DNA of 64,000 nucleotides from Octopus sinensis (GCF_006345805.1 NC_042997.1:25792001-25856000), one strand, 5' to 3'. Positions 1 through 12,790 are shown, numbered from the stretch's first letter. Notes: generated by a model from the sequence alone, not told the origin. A program made the numbers and translations.

Positions 1-139
1 TACCCACAGTGCAGAACATGCTAAAATGGTTTTCTGACAAAGACAAATGAAATTTCACTCTTCTTCACAGACTACCATGTACGTAACTGCAGCATGAGTT
101 TCTTAGGACAACGCTCATATATATATAATTATCTATCCT

Positions 140-375
140 TTTTCGTGTCAGGCATCAAACAGTGGCCATGCTGAAACACCACCTTGTAGAATTTTAACCG
201 AAATACTCGCTCTCGACTACTTATTTTTTAAAGCCTGGTACTTTTTTAAAGCCTGGTATTTTTTAAAGCCTGGTACCATCGTACCTTTTGCCGAAACACT
301 AAGTTATGGTGCGGTAAATACACCAGCACCTGTTGTCAAGCAATGGTGGAGGACAATTACAGAGACAAAGAATAC
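140..375 (-). mobile_element. 3' half of SINE family C (CORE-type SINE with internal microsatellite)
   Basis: Reverse complement matches the 3' half of the full copy at 51302-51722 (…ccagcatggcc tail, taacttagtgtttcggcaaaag). Contains a local 3x 17-bp repeat (ttttttaaagcctggta) at ~223-275. Confidence 0.75.
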
Positions 376-846
376 AATCTGTATTCAAATCGAAATAAAC
401 CAAACAAAGACTAATGAACGGAGTACAGTTTGACAAGTTACCTGACGAGGCAGAACTGCACTGAATGATGCACCATAACTATTTGTACAGTATCTCACCG
501 GCGATGGGCCGATGCACGATGGGTTGAAAAGATCATAGTGATTAATAGAGAATCACGTGAATTCCATTTTCTTTCTTTTTCTCACAAATTTTATAAGCAC
601 TACGGACACGGAAGAATTCCTGAAGCAAATACAGTAGCAATTATATCCATACTGTTCATGTCATCAGTTAGCCGAATTCAGTGAACGGGCTTTAGACGGC
701 ATAATACAAGGTATATGCACAAATTTCAAATCATTACTTATGCATGTATATGTATGTATGTATGCACGCATGCAGGTATAAATATATGTGTTATAAATAT
801 GTGTGTGTGTGTGTGTGTTTGTGCGTGCGTGTCTGTGTGTGTATGT

Positions 847-1077
847 GGAGGCGCAATGGCCCAGTGGTTAGGGCAGCAGACTCGCAGTCGGAGGATCGCG
901 GTTTCGATTCCCAGACCGGGCTCCGGCAGGGGGGGGGGGGGGCGACGCCTGTTGTACACTTTCGCCCCAATTTTCTCTCACTCTCTCTTCTTGTTTCTTG
1001 AGTAACGCTGCGATGGACTGGCGTCCCGTCCAGCTGGGGAAAACACATACGCCATGGAAACCGAGAAACCGGGCCCC
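847..1077 (+). mobile_element. tRNA-derived SINE, family A (octopus OR-type head)
   Basis: Head GGAGGCGCAATGGCCCAGTGGTTAGGGCAG…GGTTTCGATTCCC has pol III A and B boxes. Body and tail match the minus-strand copy at 17185-17488. The head abuts a (TG)n tract. Confidence 0.85.
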
Positions 1078-2105
1078 ATCATATGACCTTGTAAAACGCT
1101 GGCATTGTGAATTCAAACATAGTCGGAACTCTGTGGAAACAGCTCCCACATAGTCGGAACTCTGTGGAAACAGCTCCCAGATCTGGTCGCCCCCTTCTGC
1201 CGTTGATGAGACGTCTGTCCGTCAAGTTGAGGCTGCCATTTTGGAAGGTCAACGCATAACTATTCGCCAAATAGCCCATAAGGTCAAGATTAGTACCGGG
1301 TCTGTGGAAAATATCATTCATGATCATTTGCATATGCAAAAGGTGTCTGCCAGATGGATTTCCAGGTTGCTCACACCTTTCCAGAAGCAAGAACGCGTTG
1401 AGTGCTCGAGGATGAATTTGGAGATGTGCCAAGAAGATGAGTCAAAATTTTTCAAAAGACTGATCACACGGATTAAACCTGGGTCCATCACTATGATCCA
1501 TAGACCAAAGCCCAGTCAATGCAGTGAAAGGACCGTGACTCACCTCCTCCAAAGAAGGCAAGGGTGCAGCCCTCCGCTGACAAGGTTATGCTCACAGTCT
1601 TCTGGGACCAGGACGGAGTAGTGATGACAGATTTCCTGGCAAAGGGTACCACAATTACAGGAGCCTATAATGCTTCACTTTTGAGGAAATTAAGAGAAGC
1701 TATCAAAATCAAGAGGCGGGGCAAGATCAGCAAAGGCATCCTCCTCCTGCAGGACAACGCTCCGGTCCACAACTCGCGTGTCGCCAGATCAGAAGCACAG
1801 GCGTGCAGCTATGAACTCCTCCTCTTGCACCCTCTGATTTTCACCTCTTCCCAGCCATGAAGTTGATTTTGAAAGGAAAGCGTTTCCCAGATGATGCAGC
1901 CTTGATTTCTGAAGTCACGTCGTGGTTGGAGGACCAAGCTGGGGTCTTCTACAAAAACAGTCTCCAGAGCTGTATCAAACGATGGGAGAAATGCATAACT
2001 CTGGGTAGTTCCTATGTAGGAAATGACTAATAACTGTGCCAAGTGTCGTTGCTCTACTGCTATGGGAAGTGGGTCAGGGGCATTACTTATTGAACGCCTC
2101 ATGTA
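1078..2105 (+). mobile_element. Decayed mariner (Tc1/mariner) transposon, 5'-truncated
   Basis: Frameshifted transposase motifs: VKRWHCEFK…SGRP HTH, KVSARWISRLLT (WVPHEL-like), TWVHHYDP, KVMLTVFWDQDG, LLQDNAPVH, PSDFHLFP. A 31-bp tandem duplication lies at 1117-1178. The right TIR-like end ttattgaacgcctcatgta terminates in TA. Confidence 0.9.
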
Positions 2106-3086
2106 TTCTGTTTGTATTGATTTATGAATCCTGGTTCGTACGTTATTAATAAATTTTATTTCTTTACATAGCCAAAATACCAATTATTTCCGATTCATAT
2201 AATTTTTCCCTCACATGTGCATATTTCATTCATTTCATTTTCTTATTGAACAGAATATCACACTTGGTGTGGTTTGAACACATAAACTGAAAGAATGCAA
2301 CTAAGTAATATATTTTGTGTCAGATATCATTCTTCTGTCTTAGCCTCCTCTCCACAAAACTACGGTTTAAAGTGATATATACAAAACAAGTTCTATTTTT
2401 CTGACGGTGAAAACGAGTAAAAAAAACAAAGAAAGTGATGCTGGCTAGGAAAAAGAAAAAAGATATCAATTATATATTATTATAAACTCCCATACAGTTT
2501 TATACTTCCTCAAGAGTCTATAAATAAGACCGTGTTGTAGAAAGTATGAAATTCTGTCGTGAAATGACGTCATTGAATGACCATTTCATTATTTAGGAGG
2601 GTAATACTTATAACCCTTGGACTTGGCAGTCCAGAGTCATAACTAAATTCGTTCCCATTATTTGCTGACATTAAGCTCAGTAAGCTTCCGGTCTTTACCC
2701 AGAAACTGCACATCGCCTCAATGGCTATAAAATTTTGATCTCGATAAGCGCAGCTCTAATGTATTATAGTAATCGACAATTAAAACATTCCGTTGAGATA
2801 TACATCTATATATGTCTGCCAATACTGTAGACAAACAGTCGTTGTTTATTTTCCCTTCTTTACGAAGAAATGTTCGGTGCATGTTGTATTAAACTTCATG
2901 ATCTAAGGTCATCACAATCTTTGCGCTGTGTTTGTGTGTTTGTTTATATGTATATATTTCATTGCTTGCTTGTTTCTTTGTTTGCTAGCGAGTGAAAGAA
3001 CGAAATCGGTGGCGATATATGTCTTTACATCGAGGTTTATTGATGTACTATCATTTACTTTCTGTACATATATGTATGCGTATATG

Positions 3087-3155
<69 letters not shown>

Positions 3156-3529
3156 GCACACACAAGCACACACACAGACAAGCACATAAGTACATATACA
3201 TGACTAAGTTTGCAAGAGTCTGTTGCTGCACTAATATGCATATATATATATCTGTGTGTATATATATATGCATAAATAGATATGTGATATATAGACACAC
3301 ACGCACAAACACACACACACACACACACATATTATACTTTAACAAGCATACAAGTGACAATGACTTCGATATATTGGCCATCTAAACGTTCATGGGACTG
3401 TCTGAAACTTCGAAAACTTCGAAGTCACTTCCAATACCGTTCTAGTTAATGAATAACACATTTGTGCTCTACCTGTGAGTAATGCTATAGCTTAATATAG
3501 TTTTCTTTTAACATTAAAACAAACCTTAT

Positions 3530-3930
3530 TTCTTTATTGCCCACATGGGGCTAAACATAGAGGCGACAAACAAGGACAGACAAAGGGATTAAGTCGATTA
3601 CATCGACCCGAGTGCATAACTGGTACTTAATTTATCGACTCCGAAAGGATGAAAGGCAAAGTCGACCTCGGTGGAATCTGAACTCATAATATAACGGAAG
3701 ATGTTACTACCCACAAGGGGCTAAACACAGAGGGGACAAACAAGGACAGAAAAACGGATTAAGTCGATTATATCGAACCCACTTGGTAACTGGTACTTAT
3801 TTATCGACCCCGAAAGGATGAAAGACGAAGTCGACCTCGGCGGGATTGGAACTCAAAATGTAGCGACGGACGAAATACTGCTGAGCATTTCGCCCGGCGT
3901 GCTAACGTTTCTGCCAGATCGACGCCTTCA
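3530..3930 (-). mobile_element. Two tandem copies of SINE family M (GGCGGCGAGCTGGCAG head)
   Basis: Reverse complement matches 19291-19520 and 54307-54536. A partial copy lies at 3530-3700 and a near-full copy at 3703-3930. Confidence 0.85.
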
Positions 3931-4400
3931 TAAAACAAATCTTAATACATTAATATGTATATGGTGTTTAAATTTCACTGGATGCCGTAATGTTTACACG
4001 CAAGGAGTATATAGTTATTTTGCATTATGCTTAGAAGCAGTGCATGATTTCTGAATTTTAGTCTCGAGTCAAATATAACAAACTCCTCTAAATCGTTGAT
4101 AGAGTACCCACGAAGTTTGTTCTGCTATGGACTATTTAGAATATCCGACTAGTTTGTACTGGCATCGACTTGCATAAGTTGTAATAATGAAGTCAAACCA
4201 AATAGTGATATTTTGCAAAAAATAAGTTTCCGGTTTGAACAATATTTGGAATACATCAATTACTCAAGATTTTCGTTATTTAAAACCTTTCAAAATATAT
4301 TATCTAAGGCAGTGGGACGAAACCGAAAGTAGGCTTTGGTGAAAATGCCAGTTTCTTTTGATTTCACCTCGTGTGTGTGTGTGTGTATGTACACACACAC

Positions 4401-4456
<56 letters not shown>

Positions 4457-4459
4457 GCA

Positions 4460-7241
4460 TATATATATATGTATAAATATATATAATTGTATATATATAA
4501 ATATTAAATGTGAGCGCGTGTGTACCGTTGGCGATATTTTTCCTCTGTCTTGCCTTCTCTGGATCTTTCCTTCTCCTATGTTTCCGACGAAGAGCTCCGC
4601 TCGAAACGTTAAACTTTCCTTCTTTCCTGAGCGTCCAATAATACTATATTTGTTCCACGTCCTCGCGTTGTTGTGTTTTTTTGTGCTTTCTTGTTTGGAT
4701 TAACTTTATATATACACATACATATATACATGCATATATATATTATACAAAACGTCATTTCAAGAGAAATTAACGCAAGTAAAATGCAAAATATAATCTC
4801 GATACAAAACTTTCTTGCACAGCGAGGCACAAAGCCACATGTACTTGGTAGTGGTACAAGCAATTAATAAAATAGAGTAGTGTCTAATAGGTGAACCTTG
4901 GGAACATAAAATGATAAATTCAGTCTGAGAAATTACAGATTTTACCAGGTATAAGGCAAAACTTTGCAAGACGTTTTCTCTGTCACTCTACCAACATAAA
5001 ACCAATATTGCTAACACTGTCCAGAATTGAATACGCTTTTTAAAACAACCCTTTTTGTTTAATTATTTTAGATCGGAATAATCTATTGAAATTTAGAAAC
5101 CAAAAGATAATCTTACTTCTCTTAAATGAATTCTGATCTACAGGTGTAGTAAAGTTATTTCTGTGAAATCAATAAGAACATTTTTTAACATAATTACTTT
5201 GTTTTGTTTTATATCCTACTATTGCTTTGGTCTAAAAATTCAGCTTTTGATGCATGCTTCCAGAAATGTTATTCTATGTCGAAATATTTTCTCACTCTGA
5301 GAATAGTTTTTAGTTCCCTCCAGTTAAGTGAGAAATACTACGTATGAAATATATCCTCTAGTGACTCTACATCATATTTGAAAGTGTTTTGGTGTAGTTT
5401 TCACTTATTTCTTTACAATGTACCAGGCAATATTTTTTCTTCTTCTCTTCACTTACTGCTAAAGTTTTAATTATTTTTATCGTATTTTGTTTCTTATTCT
5501 CAATAGGTAATGCCAAACTATATAACTTAAACTTCTACATTACAGGCAAATTCACTAACAGCTACGAAAGAAACAAAAAATACTTTATAATAAAAAAAAG
5601 AGCAAAAAGTAACTTAGAATAGTTTCAACAAAGATTTTTGCCTGTAGACTTCAGCTGAAATTCGAAGTTTTGCAATTGTTCTTTTGTGAAATAAATTGGC
5701 TTAAGGTTTTTAAAATACACCAGGGTAATATTTATACTCAGAAAAATGTACATACATATACAGATACAAACGCACACTCACATATATATAAATAAAGATG
5801 TGTATATGCGTGAATGAGTCTGTCGATATATATATATATATATTATATATATATATATATATATATGCAGACATACATATATATATATGTATAAATATAT
5901 ATAATTGTATATATATAAATATTAAATGTGAGCGCGTGTGTACCGTTGGCGATATTTTTCCTCTGTCTTGCCTTCTCTGGATCTTTCCTTCTCCTATGTT
6001 TCCGACGAAGAGCTCCGCTCGAAACGTTAAACTTTCCTTCTTTCCTGAGCGTCCAATAATACTATATTTGTTCCACGTCCTCGCGTTGTTGTGTTTTTTT
6101 GTGCTTTCTTGTTTGGATTAACTTTATATATACACATACATATATACATGCATATATATATTATACAAAACGTCATTTCAAGAGAAATTAACGCAAGTAA
6201 AATGCAAAATATAATCTCGATACAAAACTTTCTTGCACAGCGAGGCACAAAGCCACATGTACTTGGTAGTGGTACAAGCAATTAATAAAATAGAGTAGTG
6301 TCTAATAGGTGAACCTTGGGAACATAAAATGATAAATTCAGTCTGAGAAATTACAGATTTTACCAGGTATAAGGCAAAACTTTGCAAGACGTTTTCTCTG
6401 TCACTCTACCAACATAAAACCAATATTGCTAACACTGTCCAGAATTGAATACGCTTTTTAAAACAACCCTTTTTGTTTAATTATTTTAGATCGGAATAAT
6501 CTATTGAAATTTAGAAACCAAAAGATAATCTTACTTCTCTTAAATGAATTCTGATCTACAGGTGTAGTAAAGTTATTTCTGTGAAATCAATAAGAACATT
6601 TTTTAACATAATTACTTTGTTTTGTTTTATATCCTACTATTGCTTTGGTCTAAAAATTCAGCTTTTGATGCATGCTTCCAGAAATGTTATTCTATGTCGA
6701 AATATTTTCTCACTCTGAGAATAGTTTTTAGTTCCCTCCAGTTAAGTGAGAAATACTACGTATGAAATATATCCTCTAGTGACTCTACATCATATTTGAA
6801 AGTGTTTTGGTGTAGTTTTCACTTATTTCTTTACAATGTACCAGGCAATATTTTTTCTTCTTCTCTTCACTTACTGCTAAAGTTTTAATTATTTTTATCG
6901 TATTTTGTTTCTTATTCTCAATAGGTAATGCCAAACTATATAACTTAAACTTCTACATTACAGGCAAATTCACTAACAGCTACGAAAGAAACAAAAAATA
7001 CTTTATAATAAAAAAAAGAGCAAAAAGTAACTTAGAATAGTTTCAACAAAGATTTTTGCCTGTAGACTTCAGCTGAAATTTCGAAGTTTTGCAATTGTTC
7101 TTTTGTGAAATAAATTGGCTTAAGGTTTTTAAAATACACCAGGGTAATATTTATACTCAGAAAAATGTACATACATATACAGATACAAACGCACACTCAC
7201 ATATATATAAATAAAGATGTGTATATGCGTGAATGAGTCTG

Positions 7242-7285
<44 letters not shown>

Positions 7286-7300
7286 GACATACATATATAT
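4460..7300. repeat. Near-identical tandem duplication, period 1418 bp
   Basis: 4460-5880 is repeated at 5878-7300. Identical ORFs are offset by 1418 (4609/6027, 4673/6091, 4760/6178). Breakpoints lie in TA microsatellites. Confidence 0.95.
4510..4715 (+). mobile_element. Penelope-like element terminal-repeat remnant with hammerhead-like motif (second copy at 5928-6133)
   Basis: gttt-CCGACGA-A-GAGC tcc GCTC-GAAA-CGTT-aaac at 4580-4614, followed by a T-rich tail. The PLE assignment is inferred from motif architecture. Confidence 0.55.
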
Positions 7301-7744
7301 ATATGTATATATGCATATATATCTATACATATATACACCTTATATATACATACATAGATTCATACATACATTCATACATGCATACATGCATGCATACATA
7401 CATACATACATACATACATACATACATACATACATACATACATACATACATACATAATTACATACTTACATACATGCATGCATGGATACATACATACATA
7501 CATACATACATGCATGCATGCATGCATGCATAAGTGTGTGTGATTTCTTCTTTACAGAAGAAAGTGTACTCAGTATCTTTAAATATTGATTATATTTATT
7601 TATTTACACGAAGGTGGATTTCGTATAAGGATACATAGAGCTTCTGAAGGGGCAATTTCTTTAAGTTTAGGAAGCAAATTCAAGTACTGAGTAGAAAACA
7701 ATATACATCAAGAGGGAAAATTACTAAGTATGATTTTGTATGCA

Positions 7745-7890
7745 TCCGTGTGCCCATTTTGCCAACTGAGTGGACTAGAGCAATGTAAAATGAAGTGTTT
7801 TGCTCAAGAACACAACGCGTCACCCGGTCCAGGAATCGAAATCACAATCTTAGGTTCATGGTTCTGACACCCTAACCACTAAGCCACACA
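7745..7890 (-). mobile_element. tRNA-derived CORE-like SINE fragment
   Basis: Minus strand reads tggcttagtggttagggtgtc…gtgatttcgattcctggaccggg…gcgttgtgttcttgagcaaaacacttc, i.e. a tRNA head plus a CORE-like segment. A related head lies at 25328-25416 (+). Confidence 0.65.
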
Positions 7891-7916
7891 CACACACACA
7901 CATATATATATATGAT

Positions 7917-9060
7917 TGATTGATTGATTGATTCTAGTTTCAGCTTATGAGCTGTGGCCATGCTGGGGCACCGCCATTTGGTGTTGCTACTTGGTTTCAC
8001 TTCATGGAGGCTTTCTAGCAACTGCTATTTGGTGCATGAGAGAGTTCGATGCAGCTGCCCTCATCTGCCCCTCCTGCCGTGAAGTTGGTTCATCTGGGAC
8101 ACCTGACAGGAAGAGATCCAGCTTCATTTTAAAGACATCTGTATCCACCCCATGCAGGTCTCTCAGGTTCTTCGGGAGGATATTGAAGGGCTGTGGGCCT
8201 CGGAAGCCCAGGCTATCACAGAATCTTGTCCTACATCTTGATGGCAAGTTTGGAGTCCTAGGCACCACGCAGTGGCGCCCAGTTCTGGCATTTGCGTAAC
8301 TCTCGATGCCAAAGTTCAGGACACTTCCCTCCAGGATCTTCCAGATGTATATTATGGCATATCTTTCCCGCCTACGCTCCATGGAATATAATTTTAATCT
8401 CTTGAGTCTTTCCCAGTAGCTTACATTCTGTATAGAGGCTATCTTCTTTGTGTAGCTTCGTTGGATCGCCTCAAGTTCTGTGATCAACTTGACACTGGAT
8501 GGTGACCATAGCTGAGAGCAATAGTCAAAGTGGCTTAGGACAAGTGTCTTCCAGAGGACCATCATGGTTTCTTGTTCTCTTGTTCTAAGGTTCTAAGAAT
8601 CCAGCCAGCCAGCCGTCTACATTTCATTGTCAGTTTAGCAACATGTACATGAAAGGTCGCGTCATCACTCAGTGAATACCCAGGTCACGCACTGATTGTG
8701 CCTCTGGGATTGCAATCCTTCCAGGTCCAGTGTATTCATTGGTTATTGCATTCAGTTTTGCATGCTGATAGTATAAAGCTTGAAACTTTCCAGCATTGAA
8801 CTGCATGCTATTCTTTTCAGCCCACTTGTATATTTCGTCCAGCTCACATTGCAGGTGTTTAGTGTCCTCAGGTTCTGTATTGCCTGTGAAACTTTTGTAT
8901 CATTGCATAACTTGTGATCGTGGCTCTCTGCGTGGCTGAGGGCATGTCTGAGAGGGCCATTATGAACAGTAGTGGTCCCAAACAGTGCCCTGTGGAACAC
9001 CGCTCACTATTTGCGTGCTAATGGAAGTGGCCCCATTGGCTACTACCACCTGACTTCTTG
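7917..9060 (-). mobile_element. CR1-group LINE, 5'-truncated copy 1 (C-terminal half of RT)
   Basis: IVSGVPQGT…GPLLF and SYANDTKV (YADD-like) RT motifs, then LWKTLVLSHFDYCSQLWSP…YWERLKRLKLYSMERRRERY (ORF 8002-8565). Frameshifted, with a 3' (AATC)n tail. Confidence 0.9.
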
Positions 9061-9152
9061 ACTATATATATATATACATACATACATACTCACACACACA
9101 TATACATTATATATACATACATATATATATATATACAAACATATATATATGC

Positions 9153-9184
<32 letters not shown>

Positions 9185-9185
9185 T

Positions 9186-9217
<32 letters not shown>

Positions 9218-9332
9218 CCACAAACATATAATATCTTGACTATTGAGTACTTGTAACATTATTTTATAGATAAATTTCCTCTATCTACATAATATTGAGG
9301 TTCTTTCTTTCTTTTGTTATCTACTGTTTTTA

Positions 9333-9413
<81 letters not shown>

Positions 9414-9452
9414 GATATATAGATATAATATGTATATAGATATATAGATATA

Positions 9453-10305
9453 TTGATTGATTTTGATTTTGATTTTTCCAGTTTCAGCTAATGAGCTGTG
9501 GCCATGCTGGGGCACCGCCATTTGGTTTGCTACACGATTTTACCTCACGGATGCTTTTTAGCAAACGCCATCTGATGCATGAGAGAGTTCGGTGCAGCTG
9601 CCCTCATCTGCACCTCCTGCCGTGAAGTTGGTTCATCCGGGACACCTGACAGGAAGAGGTCCAGTCCTACTTTAAAGACATCCGCATCTACACCATGCAG
9701 GTCTCTTAGGTTCTTCGGGAGGATATTGAAGAGCCGTGGGCCTCTGAAGCCCAGGCTATCACAATATCTTGTCCTACATCTTGATGGCAAATTTGGAGTC
9801 CTTGGTACTACGCAGTGGCGTCCGGTTCTGGCATTTGTGTGACTCTCGATGCCAAAGTCTGGGACAAGACTTTCCAGGATCTTCCAGATATATATTATGG
9901 CATATCTTTCTCGCCTACGCTCCAGGGAATAGAGCTTTAATCTCTTGAGTCTTTCCCAGTAGCTCATATGCTGCACAGAGGCTATCTTCTTCGTGTAGCT
10001 TCGTTGGATCGCCTCAAGTTCTGTGATCAACTTGACACTGGATGGTGACCATAGCTGAGAGCAATAGTCAAAGTGGTTAGGACAAGTGTCTTCCAGAGAA
10101 CCATCATGGTTTCTTGTTCTCTTGTTCTAAAGGTTCTAAGAATCCATCCAGCCAGCCGTCTACATTTCATTGTCAGTTTAGCAACATGTACATGAAAGGT
10201 CGCGTCATCACTCATGTGAATACCCAGGTCACGCACTGATTGTGCCTCTGGGATTGCAATCCCTCCGGGTCCAGTGTATTCATTGGGTATTGCATTCAGT
10301 TTTGC

Positions 10306-10308
<3 letters not shown>
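9453..10308 (-). mobile_element. CR1-group LINE, 5'-truncated copy 2
   Basis: ORFs 9545-10030 and 10027-10389 are homologous to copy 1 but visibly diverged. Same 3' tail; flanked by TA repeats. Confidence 0.9.
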
Positions 10309-10376
<68 letters not shown>

Positions 10377-10415
10377 ATTCGCTTTGCAAGATTCCTGGTG
10401 TGAAACCGTGAGCTG

Positions 10416-10796
10416 AAACAGATATTGCTGTATTTCGGTATGGTCATATTTTTGGGCCAAATAACACTCGCAAAATTTTTTTTTTCACTCAATTATTACT
10501 GTTCTTATTTTATTATTCTAACTCTAGTCCAATACCCGGAAAGTTTTCGTTACATATCTGCGACCTCTTCAGCGACACTTCGTTTTCGTGTATGTTCTTG
10601 CTGCAATTACTCCCTTCCTTTTCTGAGATGGAAACGAAAAGTGTCGCTGAAAAGGTCACAGATGCGTGACGAGAGATTGCCGGGCATGATATAAAATAGT
10701 AAAATAAGAAATGTAATAATTGAATGAAGAAAAAATATATAGAGTGCGTGTGTTTATTTGGCAAAAAATGACAATCCCGAAATATAACAATATATC
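10416..10796. mobile_element. Palindromic (foldback) MITE-like element
   Basis: 10416-10590 is an imperfect reverse complement of 10630-10796 along its whole length, e.g. gatattgctgtatttcggtatggtc vs gacaatcccgaaatataacaatat, and tctgcgacctcttcagcgacactt vs aagtgtcgctgaaaaggtcacaga. Confidence 0.7.
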
Positions 10797-10810
10797 TATC
10801 TATCTATCTA

Positions 10811-10879
<69 letters not shown>

Positions 10880-11189
10880 TACATATATATAATAACATTT
10901 CTTCATTTGTATTGCTTTTACGTCCTGTTCTTGTCACTTATTTTTACCCCTCTGCAAAAGAATTTTATTTAATTCATTTTGCAGGAAGGATTGCTTCGGC
11001 CGGGTCGTGTTCTGCCCTTACCTTCGACCACGCATTGAGTCGAAACAGGGGCAGCTGATGAAGGGGAATATTCCTTGTATTGTTTGTCTTGTACTCTGTT
11101 TTTTCGTTGTTAAAAAAGTCCGTTTCCTTGTTTGATTTTATGTTTTCGTTTCTCGTTGTGTTCTACATTTATTTGTGGTGTCCTGTCAA

Positions 11190-11480
11190 CTTTGCCTTTT
11201 ATCCTTTCAGGGTCGATAAATTAAATACCAGTTATGGACTGGGGTCAATGTAGTCGAGTGAATCCTTTTGTCTGTCCTTGTTTGTATCCTCTTCGTTTGG
11301 CCTCTTGTGGGCAATAATGAAATAAGAAGCTTGCTTTTCAATCACATTCTTCTAGGTTTAATCGCACTGCGTGCATGGCATTTTGAGCAAGTATCCTCTG
11401 CTAAAGCCTCGGTCCGACCAAAGCCTTGTAAGTGAATGTGGTAGTCGGAAATTGAAAGAAGTCGGTCGTATATATAAGAC
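11190..11480 (+). mobile_element. Degraded SINE fragments (family M 3' part, then family C 5' part)
   Basis: atcctttcagggtcgataaattaaataccag… matches family M; gcctcggtccgaccaaagccttgtaagtgaatgtggtag matches family C. Confidence 0.65.
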
Positions 11481-12529
11481 TACCAAATTTACTCATAAGG
11501 TTAAAAGATTCCTAGATCTAAGCCGGAACGTAGCAACCACCGGTTACGTCTGCATAAACGAGGAAGATGTAATAATCGACCGTTGATAAGATGAAATGGA
11601 ACTCAACAACAGGTCCAGCAGTATATCCGTCACAAAGATATGCACGAAAGCTCTCGCCAGTCCTTGTACGTTTTCCTTGCATATGTTTTCCTTGCATACG
11701 TTTTCCTTGCATATGATAAACTTCCCAAAATGTTAAAATGAGTAACATGCTCTGTACAAAAAGGATGAAACAGCAGGTATAACAAATTACAGGTCTAACT
11801 GTGTGAGTTAGGTTTGTTGTCTTTATATAATACATAGAGGATGGATGTTCACTCGTGACAGAAATGAGAACCACCACTGAGCTTTAAGAACATTGTACAC
11901 TCAGACATATTTATACTTTACACATGTGGTTCCGATGTTGACTAATGAGCCCAGCTCTTAATGAACATACAGGTTTTACAGATACTGCAAACCTCCCTCT
12001 TTTCCTCCATTCACTACGGCGGCGGCGCGTGATTTTCTTTTCTTTTTTAGAGGGGGGGTAGGAAGATACCAACATTTTCTTTTATTCGTTTTCTTCATTG
12101 ATGATAGCAACAAGCACCTCTTTCCCAATTGACATCCCTATTTCACATGCCTTCAACGAGGACTTTACACGACCCTTAAATTCTCATCTTGACTTCCCCT
12201 GAGAGCGCTTTTATCAAACCACCTTGACCTAAACTAGATAAACACAATTATTCACAGTCTTAGATGCTTGAATGAACTCTGAACAATAGTCACCACCTTC
12301 ACAAAACACTTCCAAAGTTAGGCCTAAATCAATCAAAACCTGAACAAGATCTATGTCCTGCTCATAGCACTTCTCCTATATATGTCGTGCTATGAAAATC
12401 TTACCCAGTTATCATGCGCGCACGCACGCACACACACACACACACACAAACATAATGCTGAAGACCCCCTTCATTCTTTAATCATGTTTAATTAATTTGT
12501 AATTCTGTGTGTGCATAGTCATGTATATT

Positions 12530-12608
12530 TAGGCTGTATACACACAGACATATAAACACATGCATGCATGTATGCATACAAACACACACACATATACATA
12601 CATATATA

Positions 12609-12676
<68 letters not shown>

Positions 12677-12751
12677 ATATATATATATATATATGTATGT
12701 ATAATATATATATATATGTATGTATATATATATAATATATATATATATATG

Positions 12752-12790
<39 letters not shown>

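Noticed and set aside
223-275. CRISPR-like or regulatory short repeat arrays (also 11666-11714, 42712-42772)
   Set aside because: Adjacent 15-19 bp slippage duplications without unique spacers, in eukaryotic DNA.
442-619. Minus-strand exon candidate with CAG|gtaact donor
   Set aside because: All three frames from the best acceptor contain stops; it could be UTR but cannot be supported.
11041-11082. Hammerhead-like pieces gaaac…ctgatga-aggggaatattcctt
   Set aside because: GAAA precedes CUGAUGA by only 8 nt and no GAAA follows the hairpin, so the core cannot assemble.
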